Below are positions 10,187 through 19,367 of a stretch of 59,483 bases of DNA, piece by piece. The stretch lies in assembly GCA_045636665.1 (NCBI GenBank), contig JAZTXY010000077.1:1-59483 (forward strand). The letters run 5' to 3'. The DNA is from Eubacteriales bacterium. GTDB lineage: Bacteria; Bacillota; Clostridia; Oscillospirales; CAG-382. The first letter of the stretch is position 1. Every line of letters starts with the position of its first letter. The notes under the pieces were generated by a model. The model was not told the origin of the DNA and made no database searches. It was given only the letters and a program-made list of their open reading frames with translations. A program made the position numbers and the translations under genes.

Positions 10187-11065
10187 ATGAAAAAGTCGAT
10201 TGTTTTTCGCGGAGTCGCAACGGCTCTTGCCACTCCGTTTGATGAAAAGGGCATTGATTATATCTCGTTTGCCAAAATGATAGATTTTCAGCTTTCGCAC
10301 GGGGTCGATGCGCTTGTCGTATGCGGTACGACGGGCGAATCGTCAACCCTTTCGGAGGATGAAAAGAAAGAGCTTATCGCGTTCACCGTACGCCAAGTGC
10401 GCTCACGAGTGCCGGTTATTGCAGGCACGGGCTGTAACGATACAAGCCGCGCGTGCAGGATGTCGGAGCACGCCGCCCTTGCAGGCGCAGACGCGTTGCT
10501 TGTCGTTACGCCTTATTACAACAAATGCACCCAAAAAGGGCTTGTTTCCTATTATTCGGATATTGCATCCGCTTCGAATCTTCCCTTTATCGCCTACAGC
10601 GTGCCTTCGCGTACGGGAATGAAAATCGAGCCCGAAACCGCAGTAAAGCTTGCCGAAAACAAGCTTGCCGTCGGTTTTAAGGATGCAGGCGACAGCATTG
10701 CCGACACGGCGCGCATCATTTCGCTTTGCGGCGACGATTTGCCTATCTATTCTGGCAACGACGACAGAATTTTGCCCGTGTTGTCATTGGGCGGAAAGGG
10801 CGTTATTTCGGTTATGTCGAACCTTATCCCTTACGACGTAAAACGCTTGTGTACGCTTTATTTCGACGGCGATATTTCCAAAGCCGCCGAATTGCAAACG
10901 CGCCTTATTCCCCTTTGCGATGCTTTAAGGTGCGAGGTCAACCCAATTCCGCTTAAAGCGGCTCTTTCCGAGCGCGGATTTTGCAAAAACATTCTTCGCG
11001 CACCGCTTACCGAGCTATCGCGCGATAACAAAAAATCGCTTTTGAGAATCATAAACGAGTTATAA
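10187..11065 (+). CDS. dapA: 4-hydroxy-tetrahydrodipicolinate synthase
   Basis: GTTGES, TPYYNK, VPSRTG, GFKDA (Schiff-base K) and NPIPLK; start moved to the ATG after the AAGGA RBS. Confidence 0.92.
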   Translation: MKKSIVFRGVATALATPFDEKGIDYISFAKMIDFQLSHGVDALVVCGTTGESSTLSEDEKKELIAFTVRQVRSRVPVIAGTGCNDTSRACRMSEHAALAGADALLVVTPYYNKCTQKGLVSYYSDIASASNLPFIAYSVPSRTGMKIEPETAVKLAENKLAVGFKDAGDSIADTARIISLCGDDLPIYSGNDDRILPVLSLGGKGVISVMSNLIPYDVKRLCTLYFDGDISKAAELQTRLIPLCDALRCEVNPIPLKAALSERGFCKNILRAPLTELSRDNKKSLLRIINEL

Positions 11066-11074
11066 AAAAAGCGA

Positions 11075-11109
11075 CACCCGAAGCGTAAATTTTGCTTCGG
11101 GTGATTTTT
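11075..11109. terminator. Intrinsic terminator between convergent dapA and rnhA
   Basis: CACCCGAAGC/GCTTCGGGTG stem with A- and T-tracts on either side. Confidence 0.75.
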
Positions 11110-11110
11110 A

Positions 11111-11551
11111 TTAAGCTCTTAATTTTTCGGCATAGCCGCTTGCAAGCTCGTCGCAACGCTCGTTATAAATATGTCCGTCGTGTCCGCGAACCCAAATAAA
11201 TTCAACCTCGTGAGTTGAAAGCAATTCGTCGAGAGTTTTCCAAAGGTCGTCGTTCAAAACGGCAGATTTATCCGCCTTGCGCCAGCCCTTTTTCTTCCAA
11301 TTTTCAAGCCAACCCTTGTTTATGGCGTTGACCAGATATTGCGAATCGCTGTAAAGCTTGACCTTGCAGGGCTCTTTAAGCGCTTTTAAGCCCTCGATTG
11401 CGGCAGTAAGCTCCATTCGGTTGTTTGTCGTAACCGCTTCTCCGCCGAAAAGCTCTTTTTCCTTTCCGCCAAAGACCAAAATCGCACTCCAACCGCCTGC
11501 GCCGGGGTTTCCCTTACAAGCGCCGTCTGTATAAATATCTACCGTTTTCAA
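11111..11551 (-). CDS. rnhA: Ribonuclease HI
   Basis: [29 protein letters not shown] and NERCD. Confidence 0.97.
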   Translation of the reverse strand: MKTVDIYTDGACKGNPGAGGWSAILVFGGKEKELFGGEAVTTNNRMELTAAIEGLKALKEPCKVKLYSDSQYLVNAINKGWLENWKKKGWRKADKSAVLNDDLWKTLDELLSTHEVEFIWVRGHDGHIYNERCDELASGYAEKLRA

Positions 11552-12477
11552 TCCTTAACACCCTTTACCTTTTGAAGTCTGATATCTCTACCCAAAAAGG
11601 AAAGATTACGAAATTCTCCCAGCACGCGCGAATAAAGACGCTCGCCGTACGTTTTTTTGAGTCCGTTGGGATTAAGGTTTGACGAAATAAGCGTTTTTTT
11701 GCCGTTGACGATTCGCATATCGATAATGCTCGTTATTGCAGAAACGCTGTATTGCGACACGCATTCCGCGCCCAAATCGTCGATAATAAGCAATGCGCAG
11801 TTTTCGTATTTTTTCCTTTCGGAAATATCGGCACGGTTAAAGCGCACCGCTTCCATCGTGTCGAAAATCTGCTGTGCCGATTCGTAAACAACGCTTAAGC
11901 CCTTTGCCGAAACGACGTTTGCGATTGCGGCTGTAAGGTGGGTTTTTCCCAATCCCGTACCACCGTAGAAATAAATGCCTGCGGAATTGTCGTTGGGGAA
12001 CCTTTCGGCATACATTTTGCAACCGTTAAGCAGGTTTTCCATATGGTCGCGCTCTGCGCCCTGCAAATAATAGGAAAGCGAAAAGTTTTCGAAGGTCTTG
12101 TCCAAAAGTCCGCCCGCAAGACTGCTTTGACGGTAGCTTTGAACCGACATAAGCTCTCTTATACAATGGCAGAGCTTTATTCCGCAATAACCGCCGTCGT
12201 TACAATCGGGGCATTCAAACTTGGGTGCGTCGTAATCCTTTTCATATCCGTAAGAAAGAAGAATTCGCTCGCGCTCGCTTGTCAATGCTTCGTTTTCGGC
12301 GCGAAGCGATTCGACGTTTTCGCCAACCATCGCACGCATGGGGATATCACGCAGGGCATCGTCGATTGCCTTGATGTTAGGTATCCTTGCGTGAAGCTCG
12401 GCGCGTCTTCTTTCCGATTCGTCCATTGCCGCTATTCTTTTTTCGGTTTTTATGCTTAATGCTTCGTTCAGTTTCAT
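11548..12477 (-). CDS. DnaC/DnaI/IstB-like helicase-loader ATPase
   Basis: [11 protein letters not shown] zinc motif, [10 protein letters not shown] Walker A, LLIIDDLG Walker B and YGERLYSR. Confidence 0.88.
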   Translation of the reverse strand: MKLNEALSIKTEKRIAAMDESERRRAELHARIPNIKAIDDALRDIPMRAMVGENVESLRAENEALTSERERILLSYGYEKDYDAPKFECPDCNDGGYCGIKLCHCIRELMSVQSYRQSSLAGGLLDKTFENFSLSYYLQGAERDHMENLLNGCKMYAERFPNDNSAGIYFYGGTGLGKTHLTAAIANVVSAKGLSVVYESAQQIFDTMEAVRFNRADISERKKYENCALLIIDDLGAECVSQYSVSAITSIIDMRIVNGKKTLISSNLNPNGLKKTYGERLYSRVLGEFRNLSFLGRDIRLQKVKGVKD

Positions 12478-13388
12478 TTGTTTTCACCCAACAGATCCTC
12501 AAAGCCCCTTGAAAGCGCCGCTTCAATAAATTCGTCGCTTCCGTCAAGACTGCTGTCGGTTCCTGCTTTTCGGCTTGAATCGCCCGTATTAATATCCTCT
12601 ACCGTTGCAAATCCGCTGTCGTACCAACGGCGAAGAATCGTATTCATATAATTAATGCTTACCTTACCCGTTGCATCAACGGTTTTTTCATAAGCAAGCT
12701 CGACAACGTCGAATTTAAACGCCCATTCGCCAAACCATTGGTCGAAGGTTTTCTTTTCCTTGCTTGTAAGCGCTCTGTCACCCATACCGCAAAGCTTACG
12801 GAGCCTGCCGACGTTACTGTTGATTTCGGCTTTTCGGGTAAGATACGCTTCGAGCTTTTCATAGGTATCGATTCCCTGCTCGTAAAGCGAAAGCGCCGTT
12901 TTGAATATGTATTGCATATTCGCTTTGCCGTTTTCACAGCAATCCTCAACCACTCCGCAAATCACGGGCGCAGGAATACGCGCGTAGTCATAAAGATAGA
13001 AAAGCGAGCTTAAATCGTTTTTTGTCAAAACCGGCTTCGACAGTCTTTCGCAAACAAATTCGTTAAGCATCGAAAAATCGGTTTGATTGATAAGCGCATC
13101 GGTAAGCGTTTGCGAATCGTAATTGCGGTAAACGCTTGTGTCGCTTACAACCTTTTTCTTTTTGCCCTCGCTTTCGGCAAAGACCGAGGCGCCGCGCCAA
13201 AAGGCGACCGCCGTTTCGATTTGCGATACCGTCAAGCCAAGCTCACGCGCGGCATCGGCAATCGACGAATCGGGCTCGGCAAAGAAATAAAGCAGTGCTT
13301 TTAATTCCTCTGAGGATGCGTTTTTGATATGAGGCAAAACGTCCCGAGGCAGTATTATTAAGTTTTCTGCGGGAGTTTTAATAGCCAT
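12474..13388 (-). CDS. DnaD/DnaB-domain replication protein
   Basis: Two DnaD-like domains ending in YIFKTALSL and YMNTILRRW; coupled to the DnaC-like gene. Confidence 0.82.
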   Translation of the reverse strand: MAIKTPAENLIILPRDVLPHIKNASSEELKALLYFFAEPDSSIADAARELGLTVSQIETAVAFWRGASVFAESEGKKKKVVSDTSVYRNYDSQTLTDALINQTDFSMLNEFVCERLSKPVLTKNDLSSLFYLYDYARIPAPVICGVVEDCCENGKANMQYIFKTALSLYEQGIDTYEKLEAYLTRKAEINSNVGRLRKLCGMGDRALTSKEKKTFDQWFGEWAFKFDVVELAYEKTVDATGKVSINYMNTILRRWYDSGFATVEDINTGDSSRKAGTDSSLDGSDEFIEAALSRGFEDLLGENK

Positions 13389-13398
13389 TTTACACCTT

Positions 13399-13848
13399 TT
13401 ATGATTTGATTATACTTGCGTCGGGGCTTACGGCAAGAGTAAGCTTGCTTCTTTCTGCAAGCGAACCGACAATTTCGACGGTATAGTCGACAAAAAGCTT
13501 GCCGCCGTCCATAGTAAGAGTGTTTTCAAGATTTTTCGTGCGGACACGCATTTGGAACTGTCTTTCGCCGGCACCGATAATACAATCGTATGCCTTTCCG
13601 TCGGTAAAGACAAGATGCGTTCTCATCGGTCCGATGCGGTTAAGCGCAACCGTTTCGTCCTTGAACACGTTGATGATGGTCATTACCGAATTATCCTGCT
13701 CGGTATATTCAATGCAAAGACCTCGGCGCGTGTTTCTCATTGTTCCCGAAACCGAAAATTCTTCGGTTTCGCCGCGCTCCTCTCCGCGCATTATCGACGC
13801 GGCATTTATACGCTCGTTCGAAATTCGTATATCTACGGGTATTTTCAT
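13399..13848 (-). CDS. DUF1934-like beta-barrel protein
   Basis: Pattern IEYTE..VALNRIG..HLVF..GKLFVDYTVEI; next to murI, as is common in Bacillota. Confidence 0.7.
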   Translation of the reverse strand: MKIPVDIRISNERINAASIMRGEERGETEEFSVSGTMRNTRRGLCIEYTEQDNSVMTIINVFKDETVALNRIGPMRTHLVFTDGKAYDCIIGAGERQFQMRVRTKNLENTLTMDGGKLFVDYTVEIVGSLAERSKLTLAVSPDASIIKS

Positions 13849-13860
13849 AAATTTTCCTTT

Positions 13861-14673
13861 TTAATAGTTTTCAATATCAATATGCACTGCGCTTACGGGA
13901 ATATCTTCACCCAAAAAGCGCGATGCGTTTTGCGAAAACAGCTTTTCGCCGCCGCTTGTGTAAAATTCGGTCTTGCCGCCGACGTCGTTAAGCATTTTCT
14001 TTTCGGTCAAAAGCGCTTTGATTCCCATAGCCGCCGCTTCACCCGAGCTGATAAGCTTCGTTTCGGGCAAATATTTGGCAATAACCTCCGCCAAAAGCGG
14101 ATAATGGGTACATCCCAAAATAACCGCATCGGGAGAATGCTTTGCAATCGGAGCAATATATTCCGAAACAATGGTGTTGGTCGCAACGTCATCCACCGAG
14201 GGATGCCAATTTTCAACCAACGGCACGAACATCGGACACGCTTGATTGATTATATCGTCAACACCGTTTTTCCGCAATTCCTTTTCAAAGGCGCCGCTGT
14301 TTATAGTTGCGCTTGTGCCGAGCACGGCAACACGGTTTTTGCCTTGCTTTGCAATTTCCCCCGCCTGCCTTGCGGTTTCACCTATAACGCCGACAACGGG
14401 GACACCCGCAACCTCTTGAACCTCGTCAAGACAGTTCGAGCTTACCGTACCGCAGGCGATAAGTATCGCCTTCACGCCCAAGGATACAAGAAAACGCGTA
14501 TCCTGCAGGGCAAACTTTTGAATAACAGTCGGCGATTTCGTGCCGTAAGGGATACGCGCACTGTCGCCAAAATATATAATGTCCTCGTTGGGCATAAGCC
14601 GTCTTAACGCGCCAAGCGCAGTCAAACCGCCCAAGCCCGAATCGAAAACGCCGATCGGCTTTCTGTTTTCCAT
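13861..14673 (-). CDS. murI: Glutamate racemase
   Basis: IGVFDSGLGGL, PYGTKS, IACGT and LGCTHYP. Confidence 0.96.
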   Translation of the reverse strand: MENRKPIGVFDSGLGGLTALGALRRLMPNEDIIYFGDSARIPYGTKSPTVIQKFALQDTRFLVSLGVKAILIACGTVSSNCLDEVQEVAGVPVVGVIGETARQAGEIAKQGKNRVAVLGTSATINSGAFEKELRKNGVDDIINQACPMFVPLVENWHPSVDDVATNTIVSEYIAPIAKHSPDAVILGCTHYPLLAEVIAKYLPETKLISSGEAAAMGIKALLTEKKMLNDVGGKTEFYTSGGEKLFSQNASRFLGEDIPVSAVHIDIENY

Positions 14674-14677
14674 CCGA

Positions 14678-15739
14678 TTATTCCTCGCATCCTTCAGCAA
14701 GTAAAAGGAGCTTGGTAATAAGGTCTTTATATTCGATTCCGATGCAAGCCATCATTTTGGGGTACATGCTTATGGGAGTAAAGCCGGGAATCGTGTTTAT
14801 TTCGTTAAGGAATGCGCCGTTTTCGGTAAGGAAGAAGTCCACGCGTGAAAGTCCGCTGCAGCCGAGCGCCTTATAGACCTCGACAGCAAGAGCGCGGATG
14901 TTTTCGGAGGTTGCCTCGTCCATAGGCGCAGGAGCAAGGCAGACCGATTTATCGTTTACGTATTTGGTTTCGTAATCATAAAAATCGCTGTTGGGTATTA
15001 CCTCACCGCAAACCGACGCAAAGGGCTTATCGTTACCGCAAACGGCAACCTCAATCTCGCGTCCGACGGTATTCGGCTCGATAAGTAGCTTTTTATCGTG
15101 TTCAAAAGCAAGCTTAATGCCGTTGACAAGCTCGGTTCTGTCCTTCGCCTTGGTTATACCGACAGAGCTTCCTGCGTTTGCGGGCTTCACGAACACGGGA
15201 TATGCATATTTTTCTTCAACCGATGCAACGAGCGCATCGACATCGCAGGTCTTACTTGCACAAACAAAGGGAACAACGGGAATACCTGCGGCAGAGCAGA
15301 TGGTTTTGGTTGCCGCCTTATCCATAGAAACCGCCGACGAATAGGTATCGCATCCGACATAGGGAATGCCTGCAAGCTCCAAAAGACCCTGCATCGTACC
15401 GTCTTCACCGTTTTTGCCGTGAAGCACGGGGAATGCAACGTCGATTCTGACGATTTCAAAGCTTCCGTTTGCGCCGTCAAGCGCGATAAGACCGTGGTGC
15501 GCCTTGCAGGGAGAAATAACCGCAGGTGTCAAAAGCGCGCGTTTTTCCTGCCAGATATGGTTGCGAAGGTCATCGGTGCTTCCGCGATAGATCCACCATT
15601 TACCGTCCTTGGTTATGCCGACCAAAACGACGTCGTAAATATTTTTATCAACGTTTTCGGCAACGTTTGCCGCAGAAACACAGCTTACCTCGTATTCCGA
15701 GCTTTCGCCGCCGAAGATTATTGCAACAGTCTTTTTCAT
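14678..15739 (-). CDS. ddl: D-alanine--D-alanine ligase
   Basis: FGGESSEYEVS, HGKNGEDG, GSSVG, FYDYETKY, NEINTIPGFT and SMYP. Confidence 0.93.
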   Translation of the reverse strand: MKKTVAIIFGGESSEYEVSCVSAANVAENVDKNIYDVVLVGITKDGKWWIYRGSTDDLRNHIWQEKRALLTPAVISPCKAHHGLIALDGANGSFEIVRIDVAFPVLHGKNGEDGTMQGLLELAGIPYVGCDTYSSAVSMDKAATKTICSAAGIPVVPFVCASKTCDVDALVASVEEKYAYPVFVKPANAGSSVGITKAKDRTELVNGIKLAFEHDKKLLIEPNTVGREIEVAVCGNDKPFASVCGEVIPNSDFYDYETKYVNDKSVCLAPAPMDEATSENIRALAVEVYKALGCSGLSRVDFFLTENGAFLNEINTIPGFTPISMYPKMMACIGIEYKDLITKLLLLAEGCEE

Positions 15740-15752
15740 AATTGGTTACCTC

Positions 15753-16688
15753 CTAAAATACGATGGAGTTGTATATTGTCCACATAAGGGGAATGGTTAA
15801 AATACAAATCAAGCTTGTGGAAAGCACTATATCCGCCGCCGTACGCGAATCGCCGCCATACGTTTCGGAAAGGCTTTGTATCATTGTTGCGCCGGGACAG
15901 CAAGCCAACACGAACGCCGCCGTTTTTACCTCCTCGCCAATCGGCAAAAAGGCAAACATAAACCCGATTATTATCGGACTGATAATTAATTTTATCGCCG
16001 CCGCTATGTAAATGCGGTAATTCGTAAATATTTTTGCCAAGCTCTTTGTCGCAAGTCGCATTCCGAGCACGGTCATACAGACAACGGTCGACATCCTTCC
16101 GAGCGTTTCGATAAAATCCGCAATTGCTTCGGGAAATTTTACACCGCAGGCGAACAACGTAAACGAAACCGCAAAGGTTATCACCGACGGATTCAAAAAT
16201 ACTGCCTTGAGCTTGATATATTTTTTGTCACCCGTCATCATAAGCAAGCCTATCGTCCAGCCGATAACGTTCATCGAGATTGAAAACGCCGCGGAGTAAA
16301 CACGGACCTCGGGCATACCGGGAATAAGATATTCAAGCAATGGAACACCGAAAAATCCGACGTTTCCGCATATACCCGCAACCGAGCAGACGCGGTGTCC
16401 CAAATCGCTTTTCATCCTCTTGCGGAAGACAAGCGAGTAAAGACCGATAACGGCGACCTGCGCCAAAAGCGTAACGAAGAAGAATATCCAAAGATCGCGT
16501 ATAAGAATCGGTGTGCTGTCGACCGACGTAAGGGTATACAGCGAAAGCGCAGGCTGACAAACGTAAAGCAAGAATTTTGCGAATGCTTTAATCGATTCCT
16601 CGCCCAACGCTTTGGTTTTTACAAGCAGATACCCCGGAACGCCATAGGCGATCATCATAAGCACCTTTAAAGCGGTTATGGCAAACAT
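15753..16688 (-). CDS. AEC (auxin efflux carrier) family transporter
   Basis: About 10 TM helices; GNVGFFGVPL, KLIISP and STSLICILTIP. Confidence 0.85.
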   Translation of the reverse strand: MFAITALKVLMMIAYGVPGYLLVKTKALGEESIKAFAKFLLYVCQPALSLYTLTSVDSTPILIRDLWIFFFVTLLAQVAVIGLYSLVFRKRMKSDLGHRVCSVAGICGNVGFFGVPLLEYLIPGMPEVRVYSAAFSISMNVIGWTIGLLMMTGDKKYIKLKAVFLNPSVITFAVSFTLFACGVKFPEAIADFIETLGRMSTVVCMTVLGMRLATKSLAKIFTNYRIYIAAAIKLIISPIIIGFMFAFLPIGEEVKTAAFVLACCPGATMIQSLSETYGGDSRTAADIVLSTSLICILTIPLMWTIYNSIVF

Positions 16689-16714
16689 ATCAATAACCTA
16701 TCCGAAATAAACCT

Positions 16715-17296
16715 TTATTTTTTCTTGACGATTTCGTCGACAATGCCGTATGCAAGCGCATCCTCGGCGAACATCCAATTGTCGCGTTCGGTATCACGAA
16801 CGATTTCCTCGTAAGATCTGCCGATATTTTCGGAAAGGATGCGATTAATTCTTTCCTTGGTGCGATTTGCAAAATTAGCCGCGATGATAACGTCCGACGC
16901 CTGACCGCCTGCCGAACCGATTACCTGATGAAGCATAACCTCGCTGTTTTCGAGCGCATAACGCTTGCCCTTTGTACCTGCGGCAAGAAGAAAAGCGCCC
17001 ATACTGCATGCCGAGCCGACACAAACCGTCGAAACGTCACATTTGATGCTTCTCATCGTGTCATAAATGGCAAAGCCCGCGGAAACGCTTCCGCCCGGCG
17101 AATTTATATAAAGAGTAATGTCCTTTTCGGGGTCCTGAGCTTCAAGGAAAAGAAGCTGAGCGACGATACTGCAAGCAAGGTCATCGCTTATTTCGTTGAA
17201 AAGCAGAATTATTCTATCCTTCAAAAGGCGCGAAAAGAGGTCGTAACCATTTTGTCTTCCGCCTTCGTTTTCAAAAAAAGTAGGGTTGGCTATCAT
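16715..17296 (-). CDS. clpP: ATP-dependent Clp protease proteolytic subunit
   Basis: SRLLKDRII, YINSPGG, SMG (catalytic Ser), HQ (His) and ERDNW (Asp); start placed after the GGAGG RBS. Confidence 0.92.
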   Translation of the reverse strand: MIANPTFFENEGGRQNGYDLFSRLLKDRIILLFNEISDDLACSIVAQLLFLEAQDPEKDITLYINSPGGSVSAGFAIYDTMRSIKCDVSTVCVGSACSMGAFLLAAGTKGKRYALENSEVMLHQVIGSAGGQASDVIIAANFANRTKERINRILSENIGRSYEEIVRDTERDNWMFAEDALAYGIVDEIVKKK

Positions 17297-17487
17297 CATT
17301 TTGCCTCCAAAGTCATAGTCAATTGATTCTATCATATTTTGATTAGCTTTTCAATAGCAATTTATAGGACCCTTTGCAGAAAAAGACCGCAATATGTAGA
17401 ATTTATATTAAATTATATAATTGATTTGACTTATTGGGTTTTGCGAGTTATAATAGACCGTATAACGAACGAGAGGTGGGAAACAGG

Positions 17488-19248
17488 TTGAAAAAGCCAT
17501 TGCTTTTAGCCCCTGCAGGCAGCTTTGCGGCGCTTAAGGCGGCGATATCCGCAGGCGCAGACGAGGTTTATTTGGGCGGCGAAATGTTTAACGCGCGTAT
17601 AAACGCATCGAATTTTGACCGTCAGGCATTGATTCGCGCAGGCGAGCTTTGCCGCGATTCGAACGTGGCTTTGCATATCACCCTCAATACGTTAATATAT
17701 GACAAAGAATTTAAAAGCGTGCTCGATTACGTTTCCTTCCTTGCCCGTGACGTTCAGCCCGACGGCTTGATAGTTCAAGACCTCGGTCTTGCGAGCGTTT
17801 TGCGCAAGGAATTTCCGTCGCTTGCCCTTCACGCAAGCACTCAAATGAGGATACATTCGCATTTGGAGGCGGATTTTCTTAAAAATATGGGCTTCACACG
17901 CGCGGTGGTTGCGCGTGAATTGCCGAAGGAAGACATCAAACGCTTTGCCGACACAGGACTTGAAACCGAAATTTTCATTCACGGCGCGATTTGCGTAAGC
18001 GAAAGCGGCGGATGCTTGATGAGCTCGGTTATCGGCAACCGAAGCGGCAACCGCGGTGAATGCGCTCAGCCCTGCCGTCTTCCCTGCAAGGGCGAAAACA
18101 AATATCCCCTTTCGCTTAAGGATATGTGCCTTGCTTCGCATATTAAAGAGCTGTGCGAAACGGGTGTTACAAGCTTAAAAATCGAGGGCAGAATGAAAAG
18201 CCCCGATTACGTCGGCGGCGTAACCTCGGTCTATCGCCGTCTTTTGGACGAAAACCGCAACGCAAACGGCGAAGAAATAAAATACCTTACGGCGCTTTTT
18301 TCCCGTTCGGGCTTTACCGACGGTTATTTTACCTCGAAAATCAACAAAACGATGTTCGGTATCCGTCGGGAAGAGGACAAGCAAAAATCGCAAAACCCGC
18401 TTCCCTTCAAAAAGGCGGAAAAACGCCCTGCGCGTGAGCGTGTTGTTCCTCCTGCGGAATGCATAATCCCCAAGCGCGATGAAGCAAAGACCTTGCATCC
18501 GAGCAAGCAAAAGGGCTTCGTTTTGCGTTTCGAGGGCAGATTGCCGTCGGCGGAATTTTTGAAAAAGCACGCGCCGAATGCCGCAAGAATAGATGTTCCG
18601 CTTCGCAAATGCACCGATTCGCGCTTTATCCCCTATGCCGAAAAGATTTCGGCAATAATTCCGCGAAGCATTTTCGTTTCCGAGCAAGAAACGGTTAAAA
18701 AACAGCTTGAAGAAGCAAAATCGGTCGGAATAAACCAAGCAACCGTTTCGTCGTTATGTCATTTTGAGCTGTGCAAGGGTATGTTTTTACACGGCGATTA
18801 CGCATTGAACGTCGTCAACCGCGAAGCGCTTAATTTGTTCGATGAGCTTTCGCTTTCCTCGGTAATGCTTTCTCCCGAAACCGACGGTAAATTCGCACGA
18901 TTCAGCCGTTGTGCGCTTGAACATATCGGATACGGAAGAACGCCGTTGATGTATACGCGCACCTGCATCATTCAAAATATCGAGGGTTGCAAAAACAGAA
19001 GCGAATGCTTTTCGCATTTGACCGACCGCACGGGCGCAAAATTCCCGATAATAAGCGGACACAGCCACACAAACATCATCTACAACTCGCTTCCGGGATA
19101 TAAATTAGACCGCAAAAACGAGTTAAAAAAAGCAGGTGTCGGCTTGTTGACGTTGCTTTTTACCACCGAAACCGAAAAACAGATGGACGAGGTTTTGACG
19201 CTTTATCAAAGCGGTGAAAAGCCGAGCTTTAGCTATACAAGAAAATAA
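17488..19248 (+). CDS. Peptidase U32 family Fe-S protein (RlhA/TrhP-like RNA hydroxylation)
   Basis: LLAPAG, GADEVYLG, HASTQ, EIFIHGAIC..SGGC..NRGECAQPCR and LKIEGRMK; TTG start after GAGG. Confidence 0.88.
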   Translation: MKKPLLLAPAGSFAALKAAISAGADEVYLGGEMFNARINASNFDRQALIRAGELCRDSNVALHITLNTLIYDKEFKSVLDYVSFLARDVQPDGLIVQDLGLASVLRKEFPSLALHASTQMRIHSHLEADFLKNMGFTRAVVARELPKEDIKRFADTGLETEIFIHGAICVSESGGCLMSSVIGNRSGNRGECAQPCRLPCKGENKYPLSLKDMCLASHIKELCETGVTSLKIEGRMKSPDYVGGVTSVYRRLLDENRNANGEEIKYLTALFSRSGFTDGYFTSKINKTMFGIRREEDKQKSQNPLPFKKAEKRPARERVVPPAECIIPKRDEAKTLHPSKQKGFVLRFEGRLPSAEFLKKHAPNAARIDVPLRKCTDSRFIPYAEKISAIIPRSIFVSEQETVKKQLEEAKSVGINQATVSSLCHFELCKGMFLHGDYALNVVNREALNLFDELSLSSVMLSPETDGKFARFSRCALEHIGYGRTPLMYTRTCIIQNIEGCKNRSECFSHLTDRTGAKFPIISGHSHTNIIYNSLPGYKLDRKNELKKAGVGLLTLLFTTETEKQMDEVLTLYQSGEKPSFSYTRK

Positions 19249-19252
19249 AGAA

Positions 19253-19314
19253 CCCCGATTGTCAAGCGCAGCCCCCCGATTGTCAGGCGCAAAAGCTACT
19301 TGACAATCGGTTTT
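19253..19314. repeat. Two direct copies plus one inverted copy of CCGATTGTCA; probable terminator overlapping a promoter
   Basis: CCCCGATTGTCAAGCGCA (19253), CCCCGATTGTCAGGCGCA (19274) and CTTGACAATCGG-TTTT (19299). Confidence 0.8.
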
Positions 19315-19328
19315 CTATGTGATAAAAT
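19300..19328 (+). promoter_or_regulatory. Sigma-A promoter of the solute-binding protein gene
   Basis: TTGACA-N17 with extended -10 TGA-TAAAAT. Confidence 0.75.
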
Positions 19329-19367
19329 AAGTTAGCTAAATTTGAAATTTTTAAGGAGAACTGTACC

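Noticed and set aside
11548-13388. DnaD plus DnaC pair as a prophage replication module
   Set aside because: It is embedded in a co-oriented housekeeping run (ddl, murI, rnhA) with host-like composition and no integrase or phage structural genes. A chromosomal dnaD-dnaC pair is usual in clostridia.
14678-15739. Ligase as a Van-type (D-Ala-D-Ser or D-Ala-D-Lac) resistance gene, with the D-lactate dehydrogenase as VanH
   Set aside because: It has D-Ala-D-Ala signatures (GSSVG, FYDYETKY, SMYP rather than GSSFG and SRYP). There are no vanRS/X/Y/T neighbours, and the dehydrogenase is about 31 kb away.
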